Assembly: GCA_035624615.1 (NCBI GenBank)
Contig: DASPRE010000010.1
Coordinates: 155-64,154 of the forward strand
DNA from: Burkholderiales bacterium
Lineage (GTDB): Bacteria > Pseudomonadota > Gammaproteobacteria > Burkholderiales > JAHFRG01
DNA: 64,000 bases
Reading direction: 5' to 3'
How positions within the stretch are numbered: position 1 is the stretch's first letter; every line of letters starts with the position of its first letter. Shown piece by piece: positions 49,286 through 59,785 of the stretch. The notes under the pieces were generated by a model that was not told the origin of the DNA, did no database searches, and saw only the letters and a list, made by a program, of their open reading frames with translations. The position numbers and the translations under genes are program-made.

Positions 49286-50518
49286 TCAGGTTTCAATTTT
49301 GTCCTGTGCGTGTCTGCGGTAAAGATAGGCCATTGCTCCGCAGCTGAACAAGCCAAAAATAATCATCACAGTAAATATAGAGAAGCCCAATTTATCAAGC
49401 ACGGCGTAAACGCCCAGCATGGCGAGGATGCTCAGGTTTTCATTGAAGTTCTGCACCGCTATGGAGTGGCCGGCGCCCATCAATAAGTGCCCGCGGTGTT
49501 GCAGCAATGCGTTCATTGGCACTACGAAAAACCCGGCCATTGCGCCGATAAAAAGCAGTATCGCCAATGCGAGATACAGGTTTGTCACATAGGTCGTAGC
49601 CATGAGGCCGATTCCCATGGCAATGCCGACCGGCAAAATTCGCACCGATTTCTCAAGCTTGACGTATTTCGCGGCTATTATTGCGCCGATGGCTATGCCA
49701 ATTGCTGCCACGGCAGTCAATTGTGTCGCCTTTTCCAGGCTGAATTTCAGTGCCACTGCTGCCCAGGCGAGAATCATGAGCCGCAGCGCCACCCCTACGC
49801 CCCAAAACAGCGTGGTGACGGCCAAGGACACTTGGCCGAGCGGATCACGCCACAACAGCCGGAAGCAGTGCCAGAAATCTTGCAATATGTACAAGGGATT
49901 TTTTTTTGGAAGTTTGTGGTCAATGGCTACTCTTGGAATATAGAGATTGAATGAAGCAGCTATAACATACAGGCCGAGAACAACGGAAATGGCAAATTCG
50001 GGCGGCGTATTAATTCCGGTTTCGATGCCGGGTATGTCAAACAACTCCAGATAGTGATTTGCAATTTGCGGATTTACCAGGAAGCTGCCCAATATAGCGC
50101 CCAAAATAATTGCTGCAACGGTAAGACCCTCCATCCAGCCGTTCGCCAGCACCAGTTTCTGCGGCGGCAGATATTCAGTGAGAATGCCGTATTTCGCCGG
50201 TGAATACATAGCCGCGCCGATGCCGACAATTCCGTATGCATAAAAGGGGTGCATTCCAATCAGCATGGCAAGACAGCCAGCCGATTTCACCGCATTGCTG
50301 ATAAACATTACCGTGCCCTTGGGCAAAGAGTCTGCGAATGGTCCCACGAAAGGGGCGAGCGCGATGTAAGAAAATACGAAGAATTGATTCAATACTGGCT
50401 GTTGCCAGCTAGGGGCATCCATTTGCATGAGCAGGGCGATCGCCGCAAACAGCAGCGCATTATCGGCTAGAGCGGAAAAAAATTGCGCTGCAAGTATGAT
50501 ATAGAAGCCGAGCTTCAT
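49286..50518 (-). CDS. lplT: Lysophospholipid transporter LplT (MFS)
   Basis: 410-aa MFS protein with 12 TM helices. The N-terminus MKLGFYIILAAQFFSALADNALLFAAIALL matches the LplT signature. Confidence 0.85.
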   Translation of the reverse strand: MKLGFYIILAAQFFSALADNALLFAAIALLMQMDAPSWQQPVLNQFFVFSYIALAPFVGPFADSLPKGTVMFISNAVKSAGCLAMLIGMHPFYAYGIVGIGAAMYSPAKYGILTEYLPPQKLVLANGWMEGLTVAAIILGAILGSFLVNPQIANHYLELFDIPGIETGINTPPEFAISVVLGLYVIAASFNLYIPRVAIDHKLPKKNPLYILQDFWHCFRLLWRDPLGQVSLAVTTLFWGVGVALRLMILAWAAVALKFSLEKATQLTAVAAIGIAIGAIIAAKYVKLEKSVRILPVGIAMGIGLMATTYVTNLYLALAILLFIGAMAGFFVVPMNALLQHRGHLLMGAGHSIAVQNFNENLSILAMLGVYAVLDKLGFSIFTVMIIFGLFSCGAMAYLYRRHAQDKIET

Positions 50519-50705
50519 CCTCGGGAATGTGTTAGGCGGATATAATTTTTATTTGAACTGAATGACGATAATAAGTTTAATTTTGGCAGCTTTATAACAT
50601 GAAACTGCGACTACCGCCATGTATTTACCTTGGGCTCTATTGGAAGTTGCCGTATTATGTTTGAATAGCACGCGGCGCTGCGCGCTCCAAAAATAGAACC
50701 TATTT

Positions 50706-51779
50706 ATGCCTCGTCCGCTTCAGGTCCGCATCAACCTTTCAGCGCTGCAGAATAATCTCGCCGTGGCGAGGCGGCACGCTCCAAATTCGCGCATCATGGC
50801 AGTGATCAAAGCTAATGGCTACGGGCATGGCCTGCTGCGCGCCGCTCGCGGTCTTTCTGGCGCCGATGGATTTGCGGTCATAGAACTTAATGATGCAGTG
50901 GCGCTGCGCGAAGCGGGAATGCAGCAGAAAATTTTGCTGCTCAACGGATATTATGGGGTTGAGGAGCTGCCAGTCATCGCGGCGCACGGCCTGGCGGTGG
51001 TTATTCATAATCAAGAGCAAGTCGAAATGCTGGCGGCGGCGAAGTTGCATAAAAGACTCGAGGTGTTTCTGAAATTCAATACTGGGATGAACCGTCTCGG
51101 ATTCAGGCCGGAAGTGGCGAACACCGTGCTCGCACAACTGATGACCAATAGCCACGTGCGTGACCTTACGCTGATGACACATTTCGCGTTCGCGGATGTT
51201 GAGGAGGGAATTGCAGGACAACTGGCGCGATTCAACAGCTTCGCCGCGCGCGCGAACCTGCCCCGAAGCTTGGCCAATTCGGCGGCGCTGATGCGCTATC
51301 CGGAATCTCACGGTGACTGGGTACGGCCAGGCATCATGCTATATGGCTCCTCGCCTTACGGCGACGTGGGCGCAAACGAATTGGGACTGCAGCCGGTCAT
51401 GACACTTGCAAGCCGCATCATTGCCACACAGGAATTACAACCGGGGGAGCGCGTGGGTTATACCGGTGTTTTCACTGCCGACAAGCGCATGAAAATCGGC
51501 ATCGTGGCTTGCGGCTACGCCGACGGTTACCCCCGCCACGCGCGCACCGGCACTCCGGTAAACGTCAACGGTAAAATCACCCGCACCTTAGGGCGGATAT
51601 CTATGGACATGCTTTGCGTGGATTTGAGCGAAGTTCCCGGCGCCACGGCAGGCACACCGGTGACGCTCTGGGGCGAAGGCAACGCAATTGAAGATGTGGC
51701 GAAAGCTGCTGGCACTGTCAGCTATGAATTGCTTACTAAATTGAATTCGCGCGTACCAGTCATCGAGACCAATGGCTAA
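50706..51779 (+). CDS. alr: Alanine racemase
   Basis: 357 aa with the PLP-lysine motif AVIKANGYGHG and the C-terminal catalytic Tyr region. Confidence 0.93.
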   Translation: MPRPLQVRINLSALQNNLAVARRHAPNSRIMAVIKANGYGHGLLRAARGLSGADGFAVIELNDAVALREAGMQQKILLLNGYYGVEELPVIAAHGLAVVIHNQEQVEMLAAAKLHKRLEVFLKFNTGMNRLGFRPEVANTVLAQLMTNSHVRDLTLMTHFAFADVEEGIAGQLARFNSFAARANLPRSLANSAALMRYPESHGDWVRPGIMLYGSSPYGDVGANELGLQPVMTLASRIIATQELQPGERVGYTGVFTADKRMKIGIVACGYADGYPRHARTGTPVNVNGKITRTLGRISMDMLCVDLSEVPGATAGTPVTLWGEGNAIEDVAKAAGTVSYELLTKLNSRVPVIETNG

Positions 51780-53121
51780 GGCAAAATCCGTTTACGTCTG
51801 CAGCGAATGCGGCGGGCAAACACCGAAATGGCAAGGACAGTGCCCGCATTGCTCGGCATGGAATACTCTAGTCGAAACGCTGGTTGAAGCTGCTTCCAAA
51901 AACCGCTTTGCTTCAGCTACGCCGGCCAAATTACAGTCCTTGGGCGAGGTGGAAGCGCAAGAACTGCCGCGTCAATGTACCGGAATATCAGAGTTTGACC
52001 GAGTGCTGGGCGGCGGGCTGGTGCACGGAGCCGTGGTCTTGTTAGGTGGTGATCCGGGTATCGGCAAATCCACTCTATTACTGCAGGCACTGTGCCATAT
52101 GGGCGCACAGCGCAGCGTACTGTATGTGAGCGGCGAAGAATCCGCCCAGCAGATCGCTCTTCGCGCACGGCGCCTTGCGCTCGACGCCAAACCGCTGCAA
52201 CTGCTGGCCGAAATCCAGCTGGAAAAAATTCTCGCCACGTTAGATTCACAGAAACCGGAAGTAGCGGTGATGGATTCAATTCAGACCCTGTATTCCGAAG
52301 CACTGCAATCTGCGCCGGGATCTGTGGCGCAGGTGCGCGAATGCGCGGCACAGCTTGCACGCCATGCCAAGCAAAGTGGTACGGCGATCATTTTTGTCGG
52401 ACATGTGACCAAGGAGGGCGCGCTGGCCGGCCCGCGAGTGCTGGAACACATTGTGGATACTGTGCTGTATTTCGAAGGCGATACGCACTCCAGTCTCCGC
52501 TTGATCCGCGCAGTGAAAAACCGTTTCGGCGCAGTCAATGAGCTCGGTGTATTCGCCATGACCGAGAAAGGCCTGAAAGGCGTTAGCAATCCTTCGGCGC
52601 TGTTTCTTTCGCAACATGGCGATGAGGTTGCAGGTTCATGCGTGCTGGTCACGCAGGAGGGCACACGGCCTCTGCTGGTGGAAATACAGGCGCTGGTGGA
52701 CGACGCGCACGCTCCGAATCCTCGGCGTCTCACCGTGGGACTTGAGCAAAACCGACTTGCAATGTTACTGGCGGTGTTGCACCGCCACGCCGGCATTGCG
52801 TGCTTCGATCAGGATGTTTTCGTCAACGCTGTCGGCGGAGTGAAAATTGCAGAGCCCGCAGCAGACTTGGCAGTGTTGCTGGCGATCGTTTCTTCGCTCA
52901 AGAACAAGCCGCTATCGCACAAACTGGTGGTGTTCGGCGAAGTGGGGCTGGCCGGAGAAATCCGTCCGGTGCAACGCGGCCAGGAGCGTCTCAAGGAAGC
53001 CGCCAAGCTGGGGTTCAAACAGGCGCTGATTCCCAGGGCGAACCAGCCGAAGCAGCGGATTGACGGCATTGAAATCGTGGCAGTGGAACGAGTGGAAGAC
53101 GCGGTATCCCGAGTCCGCTAG
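51772..53121 (+). CDS. radA: DNA repair protein RadA (Sms)
   Basis: 449 aa with the zinc finger CSECGGQTPKWQGQCPHCSAWNT, Walker A GDPGIGKST, the KNRFG motif (VKNRFGAVNE) and a Lon-protease-like C-terminal domain. It overlaps alr by 8 nt. Confidence 0.95.
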   Translation: MAKAKSVYVCSECGGQTPKWQGQCPHCSAWNTLVETLVEAASKNRFASATPAKLQSLGEVEAQELPRQCTGISEFDRVLGGGLVHGAVVLLGGDPGIGKSTLLLQALCHMGAQRSVLYVSGEESAQQIALRARRLALDAKPLQLLAEIQLEKILATLDSQKPEVAVMDSIQTLYSEALQSAPGSVAQVRECAAQLARHAKQSGTAIIFVGHVTKEGALAGPRVLEHIVDTVLYFEGDTHSSLRLIRAVKNRFGAVNELGVFAMTEKGLKGVSNPSALFLSQHGDEVAGSCVLVTQEGTRPLLVEIQALVDDAHAPNPRRLTVGLEQNRLAMLLAVLHRHAGIACFDQDVFVNAVGGVKIAEPAADLAVLLAIVSSLKNKPLSHKLVVFGEVGLAGEIRPVQRGQERLKEAAKLGFKQALIPRANQPKQRIDGIEIVAVERVEDAVSRVR

Positions 53122-53234
53122 TCCGAGGCTTTGCGCACGACCGTTGCTATTCAGAGAGCAAGCGGGTAAATTCATTTCAAGCAGTTCACTCGGCAAGACA
53201 TTCAATTTTCGCTATTTGGCTTTACGAGGGCGCC

Positions 53235-54875
53235 ATGGCTCGAATCAATCCTTACAACACCGACTTGGACAAAAACAGCGCGAACTATTCGCCACTTTCG
53301 CCGCTGAGTTTCCTGGAGCGCACCGCCTATGTTTATCCCCAACGCATTGCCGCCATCCACGGTGACCGCAATTTTACCTGGGCTGAAACCTATGCACGTT
53401 GCCGGCGCCTGGCTTCTGCCCTTGCGATGCGCGGCATGGGCGCCGGGGATACAGTGGCCGTGATGCTGCCCAACATCCCACAGATGTTAGAAGCCCATTT
53501 CGGTGTACCCATGACAGGTGCGGTGTTGAACACATTGAACACCCGGCTGGATGCCGAGGCGGTAGCCTTTATGCTCAAGCACGGCGAAGCAAAAGTACTG
53601 ATAACCGACCGCGAGTTTTCCACCACCGTCGCCAAGGCGCTCGCCATGCTTGAAAAAAAGCCGCTGGTGATTGACGTCGACGACCCGGATTTCAAAGGCG
53701 GCGTGCTTTTGGGCGAATCGGATTACGAAGGGTTTCTTAAAACGGGTGATCCGGATTTTGCCTGGTCGCTTCCCGAAGACGAGTGGGATGCGATATCGCT
53801 TAACTATACTTCCGGCACCACCGGCAACCCCAAGGGAGTGGTGTACCATCATCGCGGCGCGTACCTTAACGCGGTAAGCAACATCATAGATTGGGGCATG
53901 GCGCGCCATTCGGTTTATCTTTGGACGCTGCCGATGTTTCACTGCAATGGCTGGTGCTTTCCATGGACCATGGCGGCGATTGCGGGCACCAATGTGTGCC
54001 TGCGCCGGGTGGATCCCAAGCTGATACTCGATGCAATCCGCAGGCACAAGGTGACGCATTATTGCGGCGCGCCCATCGTACACAGCATGCTGATAAACGC
54101 CCCGGCCGATTTAAAAACCGGCATCAACCATCCGGTCAGCGGCCTGGTCGCGGCAGCCTCGCCGCCCGCTGCAATGATCGAGGGCATGGAGCGCTTAGGC
54201 TTCAATCTGACACACGTATATGGGCTGACCGAAACTTACGGACCAGCGTCGGTCTGCTCCAAGCATCCGGAATGGGAACAACTGGATATTTCCGCGCGCA
54301 CCGAGCGCAACGGCAGGCAGGGTGTGCGTTATACCATGGAGGAAGGGATGACAGTGATGGACTCCGAAACGATGCGACCAGTGCCGTGGGACGGACAGAC
54401 CATGGGTGAAATCATGTTTCGCGGCAACATTACCATGAAAGGTTATCTCAAAAACCCGAAGGCGAGCGCCGAAGCCTTTAAGGGAGGCTGGTTCCATTCG
54501 GGCGATCTGGCGGTGATGCAACCCGACGGCTACGTAAAAATCAAGGATCGCTCGAAAGACATTATTATTTCCGGTGGAGAAAATATATCCTCGCTGGAGG
54601 TGGAAGACATGCTTTATCGCCACCCGGCGGTTTTGGCGGCGGCAGTGGTGGCGCAGCCTGACTCGAAGTGGGGTGAGATACCCTGCGCTTTTGTGGAATT
54701 GAAGGAAGGCGCGAATGTAACCGAGAATGAAATCATCGAGCACTGTCGCAGCAGCATGGCGCACTTTAAGGTGCCGAAGAGGGTGATATTCGGCGTAGTG
54801 CCCAAGACCTCGACGGGTAAAATACAGAAGTTCATGTTGCGGGAACGCGCCAAATCGGCTTCGGCGATAGAATAA
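53235..54875 (+). CDS. Acyl-CoA synthetase (AMP-forming, short/medium-chain type)
   Basis: 546 aa with the AMP-binding motif YTSGTTGNPKG, then YGLTETYGP and GWFHSGDL. The N-terminus NYSPLSPLSFLERTA is typical of the AAE7/ACN1-like subgroup. Confidence 0.88.
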   Translation: MARINPYNTDLDKNSANYSPLSPLSFLERTAYVYPQRIAAIHGDRNFTWAETYARCRRLASALAMRGMGAGDTVAVMLPNIPQMLEAHFGVPMTGAVLNTLNTRLDAEAVAFMLKHGEAKVLITDREFSTTVAKALAMLEKKPLVIDVDDPDFKGGVLLGESDYEGFLKTGDPDFAWSLPEDEWDAISLNYTSGTTGNPKGVVYHHRGAYLNAVSNIIDWGMARHSVYLWTLPMFHCNGWCFPWTMAAIAGTNVCLRRVDPKLILDAIRRHKVTHYCGAPIVHSMLINAPADLKTGINHPVSGLVAAASPPAAMIEGMERLGFNLTHVYGLTETYGPASVCSKHPEWEQLDISARTERNGRQGVRYTMEEGMTVMDSETMRPVPWDGQTMGEIMFRGNITMKGYLKNPKASAEAFKGGWFHSGDLAVMQPDGYVKIKDRSKDIIISGGENISSLEVEDMLYRHPAVLAAAVVAQPDSKWGEIPCAFVELKEGANVTENEIIEHCRSSMAHFKVPKRVIFGVVPKTSTGKIQKFMLRERAKSASAIE

Positions 54876-54969
54876 AAAATACCTGCTGCCTAGCCAAATT
54901 TAATTCGCCTTTACTAGTTTTTAAAAAAATCGTTCAACTCGTCACACTGACCCGGAAAACAATCGATCG

Positions 54970-55728
54970 ATGATGAGCAGCGAATATATATTGGAAACGC
55001 ACAACCTCACCAAAGAATTTAAGGGCTTCGTGGCGGTAAATGATATTGGTTTAAGAATCAAGCGCGGTAGCATTCACGCTTTGATTGGACCAAACGGCGC
55101 AGGGAAAACCACCGTTTTCAATTTGCTCACGCGATTTTTGGCCCCCACCAACGGCCGCATAATTTTCAACGGCGCCGATATTACCGAGGAAAAACCGGCG
55201 CAGGTTGCGCGACGAGGCATCATCCGCTCCTTCCAGATTTCCGCGGTGTTCCCGCATCTCACTGTTCTGGAAAATGTGCGTATTGCGTTACAGCGTAAGC
55301 TTGGTACCTCGTTTCATTTCTGGCGCTCGGAAAAGACGCTGAAAGCGCTGAACGATGAAGCCATGGCATTGCTGGAAGCGGTGGACCTCAATGCGTTTGC
55401 CACGATGGTCACCGTGAGGCTGCCATACGGCCGAAAGCGTGCGCTGGAAATTGCCACCACAATGGCGATGCAACCGGAAATCATGCTGCTTGATGAGCCG
55501 ACCCAGGGCATGGGTCATGAAGACGTTGGCCGCGTGACCCAACTCATCAAGAAAGTTTCAGCAAATCGTACCATCCTGATGGTGGAGCACAACTTGAGCG
55601 TTGTTGAAAATTTGTCCGATACCATCACGGTACTGCAGCGCGGCTCGGTGCTGGCCGAAGGGCCCTACCAAGAGGTCGCGAAAAATCCTCAAGTGCTCGA
55701 GGCCTACGTCGGGAGCGCTCATGATTAG
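54970..55728 (+). CDS. livG: ABC transporter ATP-binding protein, LivG type (HAAT family)
   Basis: 252 aa with Walker A GPNGAGKTT, the LivG-type segment RSFQ and Walker B MLLDEPTQGM. This is a family-level call; the substrate is unknown. Confidence 0.85.
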   Translation: MMSSEYILETHNLTKEFKGFVAVNDIGLRIKRGSIHALIGPNGAGKTTVFNLLTRFLAPTNGRIIFNGADITEEKPAQVARRGIIRSFQISAVFPHLTVLENVRIALQRKLGTSFHFWRSEKTLKALNDEAMALLEAVDLNAFATMVTVRLPYGRKRALEIATTMAMQPEIMLLDEPTQGMGHEDVGRVTQLIKKVSANRTILMVEHNLSVVENLSDTITVLQRGSVLAEGPYQEVAKNPQVLEAYVGSAHD

Positions 55729-56440
55729 CACCCAGACGGATGGCGAACTGCTGCAGGTCAAAGACTTGCACACCTATTATGGCGAGTCGCATATCCTGCA
55801 TGGTGTGAATTTTTCGGTAAGTCGAGGCCAGTTGATTGCGCTACTTGGACGCAACGGTGCCGGGCGCACCACGACATTGAGAGCTTTGCTTGGCCTAGTA
55901 GGCAGACGCACGGGTTCCATAAAAGTGGACGGCGCGGAAACGATTCACCTGCCGCCACACAAGATTGCGCATTTGGGCATTGGTTATTGTCCCGAGGAGC
56001 GCGGAATTTTTGCCAGCCTTTCGTGTGAGGAAAATTTGCATTTGCCCCCGGTGGTTGGACAGGGGGGTATGTCGGTTTCGGAAATTTACCAGATGTTCCC
56101 CAATCTTGCCGAGCGCAAGACAACTCCCGGGATGCGACTTTCCGGCGGCGAGCAGCAGATGCTGGCGCTGGCGCGAATTTTGCGCACCGGTGCGAAACTG
56201 CTGCTCCTCGATGAAATTACCGAAGGTCTAGCACCGGTGATTGTTCAGGCAATGGGCAGGGTTATCGGTAGGTTAAAAGAGAAAGGCTTTACCATAATCT
56301 TGGTGGAACAGAATTTTCGGTTTGCGGCGCCTCTTGCGGACCGGCATTTTGTGATGGAGCGCGGGCAGATCGTCATGACGGTTGACAAGCAGGAATTGAA
56401 ATCGAATATTCAGACGCTGCATGAGTATCTCGGTGTTTAA
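55721..56440 (+). CDS. livF: ABC transporter ATP-binding protein, LivF type (HAAT family)
   Basis: The track ORF is trimmed to ATG 55721 (8-nt overlap with livG). It has Walker A GRNGAGRTT, the signature LSGGEQQML and Walker B LLLDEITEGL. Confidence 0.85.
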   Translation: MISTQTDGELLQVKDLHTYYGESHILHGVNFSVSRGQLIALLGRNGAGRTTTLRALLGLVGRRTGSIKVDGAETIHLPPHKIAHLGIGYCPEERGIFASLSCEENLHLPPVVGQGGMSVSEIYQMFPNLAERKTTPGMRLSGGEQQMLALARILRTGAKLLLLDEITEGLAPVIVQAMGRVIGRLKEKGFTIILVEQNFRFAAPLADRHFVMERGQIVMTVDKQELKSNIQTLHEYLGV

Positions 56441-56464
56441 TTATTTTTATAAGGGGAATCAATC

Positions 56465-57682
56465 ATGGGACATAGATTGCTGGCTGCATGGGTAGGCGCC
56501 TGCCTTTCGCTGGGGGTAAATCAGGCATTTGCGGCGGACAAGATTTCTGACGGCGTGGTGAGAATCGGCGTATTGACCGACCTGTCCGGCCTCTATTCCG
56601 ATCTCTCGGGTTCGGGCTCGGTGCTGGCGGCGCAGATGGCAATCGATGATTTCAAAGCGCAGGCCAAACCCGGTTTCCGGATCGAGATGATTTCGGCGGA
56701 TCACCAGAACAAAGGCGACATCGCCGCCAACATCGCGCGCGAATGGTTCGACACAAAGAATGTGGATGTGATTGTAGATCTGGTAACGACCTCCACGGCG
56801 CTTGCAGTGATGAAAGTAGCGAAGGAAAAAAACAAAATCACCTTGGTTTCAGGCGCCGCATCCACCCGAATTACCAACGAGGATTGCACCGATACCAATG
56901 TGCATTGGACATACGATACTTACGCGCTGGCCACGGGAACGGGTCGGGCGGTAGTCAAGCAGGGGGGGGATACCTGGTTCTTCGTTACTGCCGATTACGC
57001 GTTCGGCCAGTCGCTGGAAGCGGATACTTCGAAAGTTGTACTCGCCAGTGGCGGCAAGGTTTTGGGCTCGGTGCGTCATCCTTTCCCCGGAACCGATTTT
57101 TCGTCTTTCCTCCTCAAAGCGCAAGCTTCCGGCGCCAAGGTGATTGGGCTTGCCAACGCCGGGACCGACACCACCAACTGCATCAAGCAGGCGGTTGAAT
57201 TCGGCATCACGCCCAAGCAGACGCTCGCCGGCTTGTTGCTCTTTATTACTGATATTCACAGCTTGGGGCTGAAGACGGCGCAGAATATGTACCTCACCGA
57301 AGGCTTCTACTGGGACTACAACGACGGAACGCGCGCGTGGTCGAAGAGGTTCTTTGAGAAACACAAAGGAATGCCGACCATGGTGCATGCCGGTGTCTAC
57401 TCTGCGGTCATGCATTATCTCAGCGCCGTCAAGGCTGCCGGCACCGACGATACCTCCACCGTGATGAAGAAAATGAAGGAAACGCCTGTCAACGATTTTT
57501 TTGCTCACAACGGCAAGATTCGCGAAGACGGCCGCATGGTGCACGATATGTATCTGATGCAGGTCAAAACCCCTGCGGAATCGAAGGTTCCGTGGGATTA
57601 CTACAAGGTGAAGCAGGCAATTCCTGGGGACGAAGCCTTCCAGCCGTTGTCAGAAAGTCGCTGCCCGCTGGTGAAGAAGTGA
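56465..57682 (+). CDS. ABC transporter substrate-binding protein (LivK/type I periplasmic binding fold)
   Basis: 405 aa with a signal peptide ending QAFA. It has a Leu/Ile/Val-binding-protein-like two-lobe sequence (IGVLTDLSGLYSDLSG). Confidence 0.85.
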   Translation: MGHRLLAAWVGACLSLGVNQAFAADKISDGVVRIGVLTDLSGLYSDLSGSGSVLAAQMAIDDFKAQAKPGFRIEMISADHQNKGDIAANIAREWFDTKNVDVIVDLVTTSTALAVMKVAKEKNKITLVSGAASTRITNEDCTDTNVHWTYDTYALATGTGRAVVKQGGDTWFFVTADYAFGQSLEADTSKVVLASGGKVLGSVRHPFPGTDFSSFLLKAQASGAKVIGLANAGTDTTNCIKQAVEFGITPKQTLAGLLLFITDIHSLGLKTAQNMYLTEGFYWDYNDGTRAWSKRFFEKHKGMPTMVHAGVYSAVMHYLSAVKAAGTDDTSTVMKKMKETPVNDFFAHNGKIREDGRMVHDMYLMQVKTPAESKVPWDYYKVKQAIPGDEAFQPLSESRCPLVKK

Positions 57683-57786
57683 GCCGGCCCAGAAGGCCCG
57701 TGGTCATCCGCAGGAGCGAGGCAGCTAAGGACCAGTTTCCGGACTAAACAGCTTCTTCGCTACGTTCAGAATGGCGGTTTAACATC

Positions 57787-58701
57787 ATGACCGAAGTGTT
57801 CGGCGTTTCCCTTCCGGGCTTAATGGGCCAGCTCGTGGTCGGACTCGTGAACGGGTCGTTTTATGCCATGCTGAGCCTGGGCCTGGCTATCATCTTTGGC
57901 CTGCTCAACATTATCAATTTTAGCCACGGCGCGCAGTACATGATGGGCGCATTCATCGCCTGGATTGGCTTAACGCAAGTAGGCGGGTGGATAGGCCATC
58001 CGGATTTGACAGTCAATTACTGGCAGGCATTAATTTTAGCGCCGGCGGTTGTTGGCGCGTTCGGGATACTGATTGAGCGGACGATGTTGAGGCGCTTGTA
58101 CCAGCTTGATCATCTCTACGGTCTACTGCTCACCTTTGGCCTTGCACTCATCATTGAGGGGGTGTTTCGCTATTTCTATGGCATTTCGGGGCAGCCCTAC
58201 GATATTCCCGAATCCCTCAGCGGTGTTTTCAATTTGGGGTTCATGTTTCTGCCGAAGTATCGGGCGTGGGTGGTCGTTGCTTCGCTGACGGTGTGTTTCG
58301 CGACATGGTATTTCGTAGAACGCACTATGCTCGGCGCATATTTACGCGCCGGAACGGAAAACCCGAAACTGCTGCAGGCGTTTGGTGTCAACGTACCTCT
58401 CTTGGTTACGCTTACCTACGGTTATGGCGTTGCGCTCGCAGCGTTTGCGGGGGTTCTGGCCGCTCCCATATTTTCGGTCAATCCGGTCATGGGCTCCAAC
58501 TTCATCATCGTCGTGTTTGCGGTGGTAGTGATCGGTGGCATGGGCTCAATCATGGGCGCGATAGTGACCGGCATCGGTCTGGGATTGATTGAAGGACTGA
58601 CCAAAGTGTTCTACCCGGAAGCGTCAGCCGTAGTAGTTTTCGTCATCATGGCCATTGTGCTCCTGTTGCGTCCTGCCGGTTTGTTCGGGAGAGAAAAATA
58701 A
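57787..58701 (+). CDS. livH: Branched-chain amino acid-type ABC permease, LivH type
   Basis: 304-aa polytopic ORF with GLVNGSFYAMLSLGLAIIFG, typical of the LivH family. Confidence 0.85.
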   Translation: MTEVFGVSLPGLMGQLVVGLVNGSFYAMLSLGLAIIFGLLNIINFSHGAQYMMGAFIAWIGLTQVGGWIGHPDLTVNYWQALILAPAVVGAFGILIERTMLRRLYQLDHLYGLLLTFGLALIIEGVFRYFYGISGQPYDIPESLSGVFNLGFMFLPKYRAWVVVASLTVCFATWYFVERTMLGAYLRAGTENPKLLQAFGVNVPLLVTLTYGYGVALAAFAGVLAAPIFSVNPVMGSNFIIVVFAVVVIGGMGSIMGAIVTGIGLGLIEGLTKVFYPEASAVVVFVIMAIVLLLRPAGLFGREK

Positions 58702-59633
58702 TGAGTCGGGACGGACAAATCATGCTGGCACTGTTGGCCGCGGCGCTCGCCGCACCATTCGTCATCTACCCGGTGTTCCTGATGAAACTGCTGTGTTTTG
58801 CTCTCTTTGCCTGCGCGTTTAATCTACTGCTGGGTTATACCGGTTTACTGTCGTTTGGGCACGCAGCGTTTCTTGGCACTGCCGGTTATATTGCCGGGTA
58901 TGCTGTCAAGGTAATGGGTTTCACCCCTGAATTGGGCATACTCGCCGGTACGGCGACAGCAGCGCTGCTGGGATTCGTCTTTGGTAGCTTGGCGATTCGC
59001 CGTGCCGGTATTTATTTTGCGATGATCACACTCGCCCTGGCGCAGATGGTTTATTTCCTTTGCCTGCAATTCAAATTCACAGGAGGCGAGGACGGCCTGC
59101 AGGGGGTGCCACGCGGCCATCTGTTCGGCGTCCTGGATCTGCAGCAGCCGTTCATCATGTATTACTTCGTACTTGCCGTGTGTGCCGCCGGTTTCCTGAT
59201 CATTTACCGTGCCATCCATTCGCCTTTTGGTCAGATACTGAAAGCCATACGCGAGAACGAACCGCGCGCCATTTCGCTGGGTTATGACGTTGGTAGGTAC
59301 AAGCTGCTCGCCTTTGTGCTTTCGGCGGCGCTTTCGGGTCTGGCTGGCGCAACCAAAACACTGGTGTTCCAACTTGCTTCGCTTACCGATGTCCACTGGC
59401 ATACGTCGGGTGAAGTGGTGCTAATGACCCTGCTGGGCGGCATGGGCACCGTGTTCGGACCGATCGCCGGTGCGGCGATCGTGGTAAGCCTGCAAAACTA
59501 TGCGGCGCAACTGGGAGAGTGGGTCACGGTGATCACTGGAGCGATTTTCGTGATCTGTGTGCTGGCTTTCCGCCGCGGGGTAATCGGTGAATTGGCCGCC
59601 TATTTAAACGAAGCAAAGAAATCGAATCCATGA
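58701..59633 (+). CDS. livM: Branched-chain amino acid-type ABC permease, LivM type
   Basis: 310-aa polytopic ORF with LLLGYTGLLSFGHAAFLG, typical of the LivM family. It has a 1-nt overlap with livH (TAATG). Confidence 0.85.
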   Translation: MSRDGQIMLALLAAALAAPFVIYPVFLMKLLCFALFACAFNLLLGYTGLLSFGHAAFLGTAGYIAGYAVKVMGFTPELGILAGTATAALLGFVFGSLAIRRAGIYFAMITLALAQMVYFLCLQFKFTGGEDGLQGVPRGHLFGVLDLQQPFIMYYFVLAVCAAGFLIIYRAIHSPFGQILKAIRENEPRAISLGYDVGRYKLLAFVLSAALSGLAGATKTLVFQLASLTDVHWHTSGEVVLMTLLGGMGTVFGPIAGAAIVVSLQNYAAQLGEWVTVITGAIFVICVLAFRRGVIGELAAYLNEAKKSNP

Positions 59634-59653
59634 ATGTCCTGGTGATCCAGCGT

Positions 59654-59725
59654 CCAAATGTAGATAAAAGCCAATCGAAATTGCGGTAGTAGAAGCACCC
59701 TGCCTAAATTACAATTTACATTTGG
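59654..59725. repeat. Perfect 9-bp inverted repeat (CCAAATGTA ... TACATTTGG) in the livM-fadE intergenic region
   Basis: The arms are at 59654-59662 and 59717-59725, separated by 54 nt, and lie 60-130 nt upstream of the fadE ATG. The function is unknown; it could be an operator pair or an RNA stem. Confidence 0.4.
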
Positions 59726-59785
59726 GTTGGTGGAGGCGGCTGATATGGAAGCAATCGTGCGGGGCTGAATCGAGGAATAACCATT

